Below, in pieces: positions 9,739-18,438 of a stretch of DNA of 64,000 bases. The notes under the pieces were generated by a model. The model did not search any database and was not told where the DNA came from. It was given only the letters and a program-made list of their open reading frames with translations. Source of the stretch: an uncultured Gammaproteobacteria bacterium. Lineage in GTDB: Bacteria; Patescibacteriota; Microgenomatia; UBA8517. Made by a program: the position numbers and the translations under genes. Position 1 is the stretch's first letter. Each line of letters begins with the position of its first letter. Location: assembly GCA_964599625.1 (NCBI GenBank), contig CAZRGC010000002.1:71883-135882 (forward strand), in the 5' to 3' direction.

Positions 9739-10809
9739 ATGAAGACAAAAACCAACAGTTTGACACTTTTGACCATTTTGATAGCGGCGGTCTTTATTGC
9801 ACGTATTGGAGTCAAATCCGAAAACCGGATTGTAAAAAAATGCGAAAACGTTCAAAACACCAGGGATTGTAGATTAAAAGAGGTGGTAAAAGTAATGAAC
9901 GAGCGAGGTGTGAGATTTGCATTTATTGCTGTCGAAAATCTTAAAGACGCAGATTCCGAGTTTGGTCCCACGTGTCATGCGTTTGTTCACGAGATAGGTT
10001 TGGAAGCATATAAAAATGTTTTAAAAGGAAGTAAATTTTTGGCCGTACCAATTTCACCTTGCAACTATGCTTTTTTCCATGGGTTGATGATGGAGCTTGT
10101 AATGCACCAAAGGACAACCAAGGAACTAGACTTCAGGTTTGCAAATCAGGTTTGCCAAGATGTTGTGAGAATGTCTGGATATGATCAATCAATAAAATAT
10201 CAGTGTTACCATGGGATAGGGCATGGTCTTGCACCTTATCACCTGTTGATGACCAACAAACCAATAGCCGAGATTATTGACAATAGTCTGCGAGACTGCG
10301 AGGAATATTTTGATGCCAAAGATTTTTGCAAGACGGGTGTTTATGGAGGAATGAGCTTGTTTATAACCGGTGACCACAATCTGTTTTTGGAGGGTTTTGG
10401 CATTTCTGACGCGTTTAAATTATGCAAAAACCAACCTTTAGATTTGCGGCCTGTGTGTTATGAAATGATTGCACCTGCACTTGTTTTTTCTACAGGCGGC
10501 GATGTTAAAAAGGCAGTGGCGGTGATGAAAGACTCAATAAAAAACGACGAGGAAAGATTGGTTATCTCCAGACAGCTCGGCCAGGCGGTTTTATCTTACA
10601 ACTTTGAGGCCGGCATAGTTGAAATGAAAGAAGTCTGTGATCAGATTTTAGGAGATAGCCACTTAAGCTGTGTGGAAGGTTTTATAAACGGTTATTTCGA
10701 CTCTCGTTCTAAAAACAGCATCAAACAAACTGCTGAAAGTTTCTGCCAAAGTCCAAGCTTTACAAACGAGGAATCAGATTTGTGCAGAAACCTTGCAGTC
10801 AAAATATGA
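9739..10809 (+). CDS. Secreted Cys/His-rich repeat protein, family A.
   Basis: Signal anchor MKTKTNSLTLLTILIAAVFIA. Motifs CHAFVHEIGLEAY, CNYAFFHGL, CYHGIGHGLAPYH, CKTGVYGGMSLFITGDHN. Confidence 0.6.
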   Translation: MKTKTNSLTLLTILIAAVFIARIGVKSENRIVKKCENVQNTRDCRLKEVVKVMNERGVRFAFIAVENLKDADSEFGPTCHAFVHEIGLEAYKNVLKGSKFLAVPISPCNYAFFHGLMMELVMHQRTTKELDFRFANQVCQDVVRMSGYDQSIKYQCYHGIGHGLAPYHLLMTNKPIAEIIDNSLRDCEEYFDAKDFCKTGVYGGMSLFITGDHNLFLEGFGISDAFKLCKNQPLDLRPVCYEMIAPALVFSTGGDVKKAVAVMKDSIKNDEERLVISRQLGQAVLSYNFEAGIVEMKEVCDQILGDSHLSCVEGFINGYFDSRSKNSIKQTAESFCQSPSFTNEESDLCRNLAVKI

Positions 10810-11951
10810 ATTCAAAATACAAATATATAATTATTGCCGTTATTGCCACTTTTGTTTTAATAATTTTATATATGCGAAATCAGATGTTTTTGTCCGACGG
10901 CTCAGAATGCTTTGATGTTCCCAGTTCTGAAAAATCTGACTGTATTCGACCTGATATAGATAGACTTTTGAACAATGGTAGAGTTGATGCGGCCTTAACC
11001 TTTCTAAGGCAATACCAGGTAAATGACAAAAATTATTATGGAACAGATTGTCACGGCATAGCCCACTATATAGGGGATAAGGCGTATCTGGTTTACAAGA
11101 AAGGCGGAAAAATCAACGTTGGAAGTGATTCAGGCGTTTGTGTATATGGGTTTTACCATGCTTTTACAAGCTCGTTTATTGCAAACGGTGAATACGAAAC
11201 AGTGAGAAGTTTTTGTTCAGGTATAAGTAAAGACAAGTTTCAGGAAATTTCAGGGTGTTATCATGGCATGGGCCACGGCGCCATCTACGATTTTTATGAA
11301 AAATTCGGGATTAGGGATCCATTAACTTTAATCAATAAAGGCGTCGCTCTTTGTGAGAAGTTGGAATTGCCCGAAGAGGGAGCTTTGGAATGTGTTACGG
11401 GTGTTTATGATGGGATTGGAGACGAGGTTTTGGACCCGTCATATACAGGACTCACACCTGAAATCATTTATTCTTACTGTGTAGACCAGCCGAAAGTATA
11501 CAAAGGTAAATGTTACGAAAATATTTCTCACCTGGTCTTTAGAAAAACTCAGTCCGGGTTTGAAAATTTACTGAACTTCGCACTGAAAAATGTAGAACAT
11601 GATTATGTGGCAGATGCTGTCAAAGGCTTGGCAACAATATATGTTGTCGATCTTAAAGGTGAGGATATTCGGACAGGAATCAGACTTTGTTTACCTCTAA
11701 AGGATGATGCAAAAACAGGGTGTATTAAAAATATGGTTTACAAAGTTATGGCTGATGTGGAAGACGGTACTCAGTTTGAAAAAGGTAAAGATTTTTGCAG
11801 TTTGGACGTTTTTGGAGAAATTGACAGAAGCTTTTGTGTCCGGGTTACGCTCGATGCTTTGACTGGTTTTTATAGTCAAAATCAGATTGAAGAGAAGTGC
11901 GAAGCTGACTCCAGTTTTTTTGGTGCGGCTTGTAAATCTAAATTTTTATGA
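10806..11951 (+). CDS. Secreted Cys/His-rich repeat protein, family A.
   Basis: The ATG at 10806 forms an ATGA overlap with the upstream TGA. The ORF track opens 24 nt earlier. TM (YIIIAVIATFVLIIL). Motifs CHGIAHYIGDKAY, CVYGFYHAF, CYHGMGHGAIYDF, CVTGVYDGIGDE. Confidence 0.6.
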   Translation: MNSKYKYIIIAVIATFVLIILYMRNQMFLSDGSECFDVPSSEKSDCIRPDIDRLLNNGRVDAALTFLRQYQVNDKNYYGTDCHGIAHYIGDKAYLVYKKGGKINVGSDSGVCVYGFYHAFTSSFIANGEYETVRSFCSGISKDKFQEISGCYHGMGHGAIYDFYEKFGIRDPLTLINKGVALCEKLELPEEGALECVTGVYDGIGDEVLDPSYTGLTPEIIYSYCVDQPKVYKGKCYENISHLVFRKTQSGFENLLNFALKNVEHDYVADAVKGLATIYVVDLKGEDIRTGIRLCLPLKDDAKTGCIKNMVYKVMADVEDGTQFEKGKDFCSLDVFGEIDRSFCVRVTLDALTGFYSQNQIEEKCEADSSFFGAACKSKFL

Positions 11952-12946
11952 GACCGAGAATATTGATATTGGCAATAGGCTTAATGTTAACTTCATTCAT
12001 CGTGATCTATGCAGGTATAAATTATCCGTTCACCGTGCGGATTACAAATGATGTGTTGATAAACCAAAATGAGTTAAAAAAAATAATTAAGACAAAAGGT
12101 ATTGATGAGGCTTATGTTTTTTTTAAGAAAAACTTTTCAAAGTACGACGCAACCTCCAAACATTATGTGGGGCATTTCTTGGGACAAGAATCTTACAGAA
12201 TAATGGGTGACAAAGGCCTGTCTATGTGCGATTTTGGGTTAGATTACGGATGCATTCACGGTTTTGTCATTGCCGGCATTGGCGAAAAGGGTAACGGTTT
12301 TATAGAAACTTCCATGAAGCGTTGTGAGGATTTTGATCCAAATGATGTCAGGAGGGGGAGTTGTGTACATGGGGTAAGCCATACACTCTTGTACTTAAAG
12401 GGGTATTCCTATAACGACTTGGTTTGGTCCCTAAAGCAATGCGATCAAATGTTATCAAGTGACAAGTTTGTGGGACCTGTCGGGTGCTACGAGGCCGTGT
12501 TTATGGAATACAACCTTAGGAATTTGGATGGTGAGTCGACGGGCAAATGGTTTGAAACAAGACCTCTTGACGATGCAAGACCGCTTTACCCTTGCGACGT
12601 AATCGATAACAGATATAAAAACTCTTGCTATTCGGAACTTGGTTCAATGTGGTCCAACAACATTGGCATGGACTTTTCGAAAATGTTTTCTTTTTGTGGG
12701 GGAATTATCAACCGTTTACATTTGAATTCTTGTTACTGGGGGGTTGGAAGGTCGATGGCTGATGACTACCAATTTGATTACAAACGAGTTGAAACAAAAT
12801 GTAGCGAGATAAAAGATGGTGGAAAGCAGTCTTGTATCGAAGGAGCTTCGGTTGTTTTATCCAATAACGGTGTAAAAGAGGCCGTGTCAATTTGCAGTGC
12901 TTTGGATGCAGACAGTGCTCTAAGGTGTAAAAAAATATTTGAATAA
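11948..12946 (+). CDS. Divergent member of Cys/His-rich family A.
   Basis: ATGA overlap at 11948. TM (ILILAIGLMLTSFIVIYAG). Degenerate motifs KHYVGHFLGQESY, CDFGLDYGCIHGF, CVHGVSHTLLYL, CYEAVFMEY, CYWGVGRSM. Confidence 0.5.
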   Translation: MRPRILILAIGLMLTSFIVIYAGINYPFTVRITNDVLINQNELKKIIKTKGIDEAYVFFKKNFSKYDATSKHYVGHFLGQESYRIMGDKGLSMCDFGLDYGCIHGFVIAGIGEKGNGFIETSMKRCEDFDPNDVRRGSCVHGVSHTLLYLKGYSYNDLVWSLKQCDQMLSSDKFVGPVGCYEAVFMEYNLRNLDGESTGKWFETRPLDDARPLYPCDVIDNRYKNSCYSELGSMWSNNIGMDFSKMFSFCGGIINRLHLNSCYWGVGRSMADDYQFDYKRVETKCSEIKDGGKQSCIEGASVVLSNNGVKEAVSICSALDADSALRCKKIFE

Positions 12947-12962
12947 CTGATATTATGAAATA

Positions 12963-13586
12963 GTGCTGCCAATGAACGACCAAGCGACAGAAAATAATCA
13001 GATCACTCAGGAAAACCTCACCAGCCCACAAACGCCATTGCAGGCTTCCACGCCTTCTGGCCAGTCCCAAATACCTGTTTCTGTCGTTCCAACTGAAGTA
13101 TCCGAAGAAGGTGACGCGCCATTTTACACACAGTGGGCCTTTTGGGTTCTCGTGGTTTTGATCGTTGTTTTGTTCGGTGTTATTGCATTTTTTTTAGTTC
13201 CGGCAAAAAATTCTTTTCTTGAGGCAGAAATGCAAGTTTCTGCAGAATCTGTGAAGTTGCATGTAAAAAACCTTACAGCACCCAGGAACGGTTTTTTGGT
13301 GCTACAAAAAGACGAAAACGGTGTTCCTGGTGCAATTTTTGAAATAAGTCCATTTTTGGTTCCAGACCACTATAAAGATTTTTTTATACCCTTCACACCT
13401 GACGAATACAACGACGATGTCTATTATCAAGACCTAGGGCTAAACGGAACCTTCTACGTTACTTACTACCTGGATAACGATAGCACTGGAACCTATAAAA
13501 AAGAAATTGATACGACAATCGGCAAGGACCAAGCAGGCAAACCCTTGCAAATAAAGATTGTCAGTGGCAAAATGGTTCAAGAGTAA
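12963..13586 (+). CDS. Single-pass membrane protein. Low-complexity cytoplasmic N-terminus, TM, extracellular domain of about 130 aa; function unknown.
   Basis: Q/T/S/P-rich N-terminal 60 aa. TM (WAFWVLVVLIVVLFGVIAFFLV). No recognisable catalytic motifs. Confidence 0.4.
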   Translation: MLPMNDQATENNQITQENLTSPQTPLQASTPSGQSQIPVSVVPTEVSEEGDAPFYTQWAFWVLVVLIVVLFGVIAFFLVPAKNSFLEAEMQVSAESVKLHVKNLTAPRNGFLVLQKDENGVPGAIFEISPFLVPDHYKDFFIPFTPDEYNDDVYYQDLGLNGTFYVTYYLDNDSTGTYKKEIDTTIGKDQAGKPLQIKIVSGKMVQE

Positions 13587-13587
13587 T

Positions 13588-14106
13588 ATGAATAAATTTA
13601 CATTGATTTTGTATTCTGTTCTGATATCGCTTTTAATTGCTCCTACTGTTTTGGCTCACGGGACAGCTCAAAGTTTCCCTAAAGATGTCGACAAATATAC
13701 GATTGAATTTGAATATGACGCATCTGGGGTTTTTGATGACACAACGATGGCTTTTGTTTTTAGGCTTTTGGACCAAAAGTCAAAAGAGCCGGTTAAGTTT
13801 GACTCTGTGTTGGCAAGGTTTGAAGACAGCAAAGACAAGTCGGCTGTAATAGTTTCCAGGCTATACCCGGATGAGCTACTGGACGGAATTGCCAGAATAT
13901 CTGCACTTTTGAATCGTGGAGACTATAAAGTATATTTAATCTTTTACAAAGAGGGAAACAAAATTGTTGAAACAGATTACGACCTGAACGTTCAAAAAGG
14001 TACAACAAGGAAAGACTTTCCGACGGTTCCAGTTGTTGTTGGGTTTTTGGGTTCTGCGTTGGGTTTTGTTTTTGGCAAGATGAAGAAGTCTTCAAATGAG
14101 AGATAA
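13588..14106 (+). CDS. Secreted protein with signal peptide and C-terminal TM anchor; function unknown.
   Basis: ATG at 13588 lies 2 nt after the upstream TAA. The ORF track opens at 13558. Signal peptide MNKFTLILYSVLISLLIAPTVLA|HG. C-terminal TM (VPVVVGFLGSALGFVFG) followed by basic residues. Confidence 0.4.
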   Translation: MNKFTLILYSVLISLLIAPTVLAHGTAQSFPKDVDKYTIEFEYDASGVFDDTTMAFVFRLLDQKSKEPVKFDSVLARFEDSKDKSAVIVSRLYPDELLDGIARISALLNRGDYKVYLIFYKEGNKIVETDYDLNVQKGTTRKDFPTVPVVVGFLGSALGFVFGKMKKSSNER

Positions 14107-15670
14107 AAAGTTACTGCTTCTTTTGTTTTTAATCCTATTTTTGGGACTGATTTTACGAACTTACAAACTTAATACAAATTTTATTTTTGGTGTTGACCAG
14201 GCGGAGGATATGTTTAAGTTCAAAGAAATCGTAACCGATATAGCTAGAGGTAACTTTTCCAACCTTCCGCTAATTGGTGAACCCGGGACAGATTTGACCG
14301 ATAACAAAAACGTACACGGCGACTACGTTGTGTATTCCGGGGCGCTTTTTTTGTATCTGGTGACACCGTTTGCTTTGATATCACGGTTTGATCCATCGAT
14401 TTTGGTGTATTTTTTTTCTTCTGCCAACCTTTTGGGAGTAATTTTGATTTATTTAGTTACCAAGAAGTTGTCGGGTAGTGTGCAGGCGGTTTTTGCTTCA
14501 CTTTTATATTCGGTAAATTTCTACATGTCTACCTATTCCCGAGCAATCTGGACTCCAAGTCTTGTTCCGGTTTTTTTGTTGACAGCTTTGTATTTATGGT
14601 CGGTTGTAAAAGAAGGTAGGGAGTCTTTGGTCCCTGCATACCTTTTTTTTGCCTCTGCTATTTCACAACTACATGACTCGGGGTACTATTACATGTTCTT
14701 TTTCATTATCCTGGCATTGGCAAGTCGTATTAGATTGTTTGCCAAAGATAAAGTTGTCTACAATTCGATGGCTTTTCTTGCGCCTCTTACACCAACACTT
14801 ATTTATGAAGTCAGTACCGGTTTCAGGTTCTTTAAACATATTATAGGTACGCTCTTGACTAATTCTACTAGTATAAATAGTGACCTGATTGTTGGGATTT
14901 TTGGTAAGTTTTGGGAATTTTTTGTGTCCATCAATTTTCCTTTATATTTCCACAATTTCTTTAGTCAAAAATATTCAATTTTATATATCCCGCTTTTAAC
15001 TGTCATAACTTTGGTAACAACACTTGGACTATTTTTGCCGATTATAAAAAGGGACAAAAAACTTGGTGTACTTTTTTTTGTTTTTATCATGACTTTTTTG
15101 GTTGTGCCTTACGCCTCAAAGGTTTTTTATAACGATTCATACTTTGGTTTATTCCCGCTTTTTGGAACCACATTTTCGACACTGGGTGCTATGCCTATTG
15201 TTATTATTTCTGTTGGTGTATTTTTGGGAAATCTGTACCTTAGGGGCGGTGTGGTAAAGTTTCTGTCGTTGGCTGTTGTTTCCTTTTTAGTTCTTAATCA
15301 AATTCCTTTGATCAAGTCCACTATTTGGGAAAACGGAGAACGAAAATATGACTATGGCAACAAACTGGACATAATAAAAACTCTTGGTGACAATGTTCAT
15401 TCTGGCTACTCGTTGGAATATCTGGATCCAGATAGCTACGGTGAAGGTTATGAGTTTTTCTACATTATAGAGACAGCAAACGTTAGACTACCTTACTCAT
15501 ATAACGGCGCTACGGAAAAAACCACACTTTTTCATAGATACGAGTTTGGCAAAAATAAGCCTTCAGACCATTTTGCGATTGCAGGGCGCAGGGTCTGGGA
15601 CAAATTTTCCGTAGAAGAGTGGCATCAACTTGGCGAATCCGGAGAATTTAGAATATTTAGGCAGAAATAG
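14096..15670 (+). CDS. Polytopic membrane protein. Putative GT-C-fold glycosyltransferase of the ArnT/PMT type (polyprenol-phosphate-sugar dependent).
   Basis: More than 10 predicted TM helices. An early extracytoplasmic loop GVDQAEDMFKFKEI resembles the ArnT DETRYAEISREM aspartate-glutamate motif. C-terminal soluble domain of about 120 aa. The assignment rests on pattern resemblance only. Confidence 0.4.
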   Translation: MRDKKLLLLLFLILFLGLILRTYKLNTNFIFGVDQAEDMFKFKEIVTDIARGNFSNLPLIGEPGTDLTDNKNVHGDYVVYSGALFLYLVTPFALISRFDPSILVYFFSSANLLGVILIYLVTKKLSGSVQAVFASLLYSVNFYMSTYSRAIWTPSLVPVFLLTALYLWSVVKEGRESLVPAYLFFASAISQLHDSGYYYMFFFIILALASRIRLFAKDKVVYNSMAFLAPLTPTLIYEVSTGFRFFKHIIGTLLTNSTSINSDLIVGIFGKFWEFFVSINFPLYFHNFFSQKYSILYIPLLTVITLVTTLGLFLPIIKRDKKLGVLFFVFIMTFLVVPYASKVFYNDSYFGLFPLFGTTFSTLGAMPIVIISVGVFLGNLYLRGGVVKFLSLAVVSFLVLNQIPLIKSTIWENGERKYDYGNKLDIIKTLGDNVHSGYSLEYLDPDSYGEGYEFFYIIETANVRLPYSYNGATEKTTLFHRYEFGKNKPSDHFAIAGRRVWDKFSVEEWHQLGESGEFRIFRQK

Positions 15671-15714
15671 CTTGACTTTGCATTTTTAAGGGTGTTAGAT
15701 ATGACTATCGGAAT

Positions 15715-16101
15715 ATGAGTAAAAAAACATCTGTTTTGATTGGAGTCTTGATTTTAGCAGTTGTTGCCTTTGTCGGTTACAAATATCTTTCACCTGATTC
15801 AAAGTCAAAAGCAGTCCCTTTGAATGATGGAGATATTGTAAAAATGGGTGAAGATGTATATGAACCGCAGGATTTTATTATTAAGAAGGGTGCAAAAATA
15901 AAATTTCAAAACACCTCGGGTACTTTGAGATGGCCGGCTAGCGATCTTCACCCTTCACACTTAATTTATCCCGAGTTTGATTCCAAAGAACCTGTTCAAA
16001 AAGACGGTGCTTGGGAGTTTGTTTTCGACAAAACAGGTGAGTGGACCTACCACGATCACCTGGCTCCATATATAACAGGAAAAGTTGTAGTAACGGAATG
16101 A
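15715..16101 (+). CDS. Stand-alone membrane-anchored cupredoxin-like protein (128 aa).
   Basis: TM (VLIGVLILAVVAFVGY), then IKKGAKIKFQNTSGTLRWPASDLHPSHLIYPEFD...GEWTYHDHLAPYITGKVVVTE. This is the same domain as the N-termini of the ORFs at 1075 and 3812. Its TGA overlaps the ATG of the next gene (ATGA). Confidence 0.6.
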   Translation: MSKKTSVLIGVLILAVVAFVGYKYLSPDSKSKAVPLNDGDIVKMGEDVYEPQDFIIKKGAKIKFQNTSGTLRWPASDLHPSHLIYPEFDSKEPVQKDGAWEFVFDKTGEWTYHDHLAPYITGKVVVTE

Positions 16102-17279
16102 AGTCTGATATTAGCTCGACCCTCAAATTTTTAGTTTTGGGAGGTCTTTTCGTATATATAATTTTTTTTCCCGTAAGTGATATTGTCGGGGGTATCCGCA
16201 GTACCTCTTCATTTTTGCGCTGTCATACACTTGAAAACTCTTCAGACAAAGTTATTTGCCAGAGAAAGGCGATAAGAACTGCGGTACAATCCGGTTCGGT
16301 AAATACTGCAATTAGCCTTTATAAAAGTGCTATAAGGGTTGGTGCTATCGATTGCCACTTTCTTGGCCACGAAGTGGGTAGAGATTTTTATGAAGTATTC
16401 AAAGAGCGGGGATTTGCAAGGGTAGGTGAGCCTATGTCTGAGTGCGGGTACGGTTTTTGGCATGGGTTTATGACGGGTGTGGCTCAGGACTTTTTAACAA
16501 CAGGAGAAGCAAAAGTTGATCTAAACAAAGTGTGCCCAATGATGTTGGGAAATAAAAAACAAATTTACGACATATGCTATCACGGTTTTGGGATAGGCTT
16601 TGTTGGCGACCCACCATTTCCTGAGAATGTGGGTAACATTCAAAGTACTGTTGACCGGGCAACAGGCCAATGTGACAAAATCACAAACGTTCCGATATAC
16701 AATGAACAGTGTTATTCGGGGGTTTTTCATCAAATGTTAAGTTATATGCAAAACTCTGAGTACGACTACAAATTTCCTTCCGGTGACGATGTGTATTTGT
16801 TTTGTAACAAATTTGGCACTTCCAAAGTGCGGCCTTGTATTGAGCAGCTTGGTCCTGTGCTCACAATTGTTGTTACGGACGATGTTGCGAAAATTACCGA
16901 TCTTGTGAACAAAAAATTTGGCTGGTTAGACAAAATAACCAGATCAAGACTTCTTCAGACAGTAGTAGGTGGAGCTGTCCATGCAAACACCGACGACAAG
17001 GATGCTTCAAGTATGATTTTTTGCTTTAGTTTGAAAGACAGCGACGTTACCGATTGTATAACTGGCGTGTTTTCGGGTGTAAAGACGAAGTCGGCAGAAG
17101 GTGACGTAAAAGCTTTGGAAAGGCTGGTGTCTTTTTGTTTGCAGGAAAAACTATCCTCGGAAAATCAAAAAGTGTGTATAGACTTTCTGAAAGCTTCCGT
17201 TAAAGACCCGGTACTCAACAAGGAGGTTAGATCTGAATGTGCACAAAAAAAAGATAAGGAAATATGCAAACTTATTTAA
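16098..17279 (+). CDS. Secreted Cys/His-rich repeat protein, family A.
   Basis: The ATG at 16098 forms an ATGA with the cupredoxin gene's stop. The ORF track opens at 16041 in the same frame. Signal anchor MKSDISSTLKFLVLGGLFVYIIFF. Motifs CHFLGHEVGRDFY, CGYGFWHGF, CYHGFGIGFVGD, CYSGVFHQML. Confidence 0.6.
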   Translation: MKSDISSTLKFLVLGGLFVYIIFFPVSDIVGGIRSTSSFLRCHTLENSSDKVICQRKAIRTAVQSGSVNTAISLYKSAIRVGAIDCHFLGHEVGRDFYEVFKERGFARVGEPMSECGYGFWHGFMTGVAQDFLTTGEAKVDLNKVCPMMLGNKKQIYDICYHGFGIGFVGDPPFPENVGNIQSTVDRATGQCDKITNVPIYNEQCYSGVFHQMLSYMQNSEYDYKFPSGDDVYLFCNKFGTSKVRPCIEQLGPVLTIVVTDDVAKITDLVNKKFGWLDKITRSRLLQTVVGGAVHANTDDKDASSMIFCFSLKDSDVTDCITGVFSGVKTKSAEGDVKALERLVSFCLQEKLSSENQKVCIDFLKASVKDPVLNKEVRSECAQKKDKEICKLI

Positions 17280-18438
17280 TCAAGGAAATAAGCAATGAGC
17301 AGATTTTAGATAGTTCTTTGTCTCCAAGTCCTTCGTAGACCGGGAGTGCAATGCTGTCTTTGATAACTTTTGCCACGTTTGATCTTCTTTTACCTTTGAT
17401 AAGATTGTCTGCAATTTCGTCTGCTAGTGCAATGTCGATTCCTTTTAGTGCCAACGACCGCCTTAGTTGGAAGATGTCTGCTTTTGTGTGTGCAAGGATC
17501 ATGTAATAAGAAGGTAAGTTGCCCTTTTGTATTCTTTGAAAGGTCAAATGCTTTTTGAGTTTACTAAAGTAATATTCACGTATCTTTCTGCGCTTTTCGA
17601 GTCTCTTTTGGAATGTTGGTATGTTCATTCTTGCTATTCTGGCATAGATAGGGGGAAGCTTGCTGTATATTTTTTCCTCCTCACCGGCCCTATACGATTT
17701 TACAAACATTTGCTGCCACTTTTTGAATCCAAAAACATACATCATGACATACCATATTGGAGTTTGAATTAGGAAATAGCCGAACAATGACTTGGCCAGC
17801 TCAAGTGGGGTTGAAGGGCTTTTTCCACCTACACCGCCAATGCTGTTTTTGACTCTCTTTATGATTTTTTTATTTTTACCGAATACGACACCGCCCCTGA
17901 TTCCTTGCAAGGGTTTTGATAAGTCAAAACTGGAAAAAGCAACATCGCCAAACGTGCCCAAAAGTTTTTTGTTTAAAGTTGAACCTAGTGATTGCGCACA
18001 ATCTTCAATGAGCAACAACCCCTTTGTTTTAGATAGTTTTTGCAGTTTTTGTATGTCACAGGCTACTCCAAAAAGGTGTGTCGCCAGTATCGCACCCGTG
18101 TTTTTATTTATAGACTTTTTGACACTTTCTACATCCATCTCGAATGTGTCGTAATTAATGTCGACCGGGTGTGGAATGTAACCCGCAGATTTGATTATGT
18201 GTGCAAGGGTTCCAAAAGTGTAACCTGGCATTATTACTTCTTTATTTTTCGGCATGCCTGAGTTCTCGAGTATTAATTTGAGACCAACCCTGCCTTGCCC
18301 CATAACTACCGGGTTCGGGATTTTGAGAAACGTTTTTAGGTCTCGCTCTAACTTTTCAGTTTCATCGTGCCTTATGGTGAGGTCGATTATTTTGTCCAAC
18401 GTTTTCGAGTGAAAATAAGGTTTTCGCCGCGGAATCAT
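17272..18438 (-). CDS. DegT/DnrJ/EryC1/StrS-family PLP-dependent sugar aminotransferase.
   Basis: VIMPGYTFGTLAHI; ATHLFGVACDIQKLQKLSKTKGLLLIEDCAQSLGS; FSSFDLSKPL with the PLP lysine. Colinear with the DegT family fold. Confidence 0.8.
   Translation of the reverse strand: MIPRRKPYFHSKTLDKIIDLTIRHDETEKLERDLKTFLKIPNPVVMGQGRVGLKLILENSGMPKNKEVIMPGYTFGTLAHIIKSAGYIPHPVDINYDTFEMDVESVKKSINKNTGAILATHLFGVACDIQKLQKLSKTKGLLLIEDCAQSLGSTLNKKLLGTFGDVAFSSFDLSKPLQGIRGGVVFGKNKKIIKRVKNSIGGVGGKSPSTPLELAKSLFGYFLIQTPIWYVMMYVFGFKKWQQMFVKSYRAGEEEKIYSKLPPIYARIARMNIPTFQKRLEKRRKIREYYFSKLKKHLTFQRIQKGNLPSYYMILAHTKADIFQLRRSLALKGIDIALADEIADNLIKGKRRSNVAKVIKDSIALPVYEGLGDKELSKICSLLISLIK

Noticed and set aside
13588-14106. CopC/LPMO-like histidine-brace copper protein, suggested by the predicted mature N-terminal His.
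   Set aside because: The mature domain contains only that single His. A histidine brace needs a second His, so only weak circumstantial interest remains; see the finding on ORFs 12963..14106.
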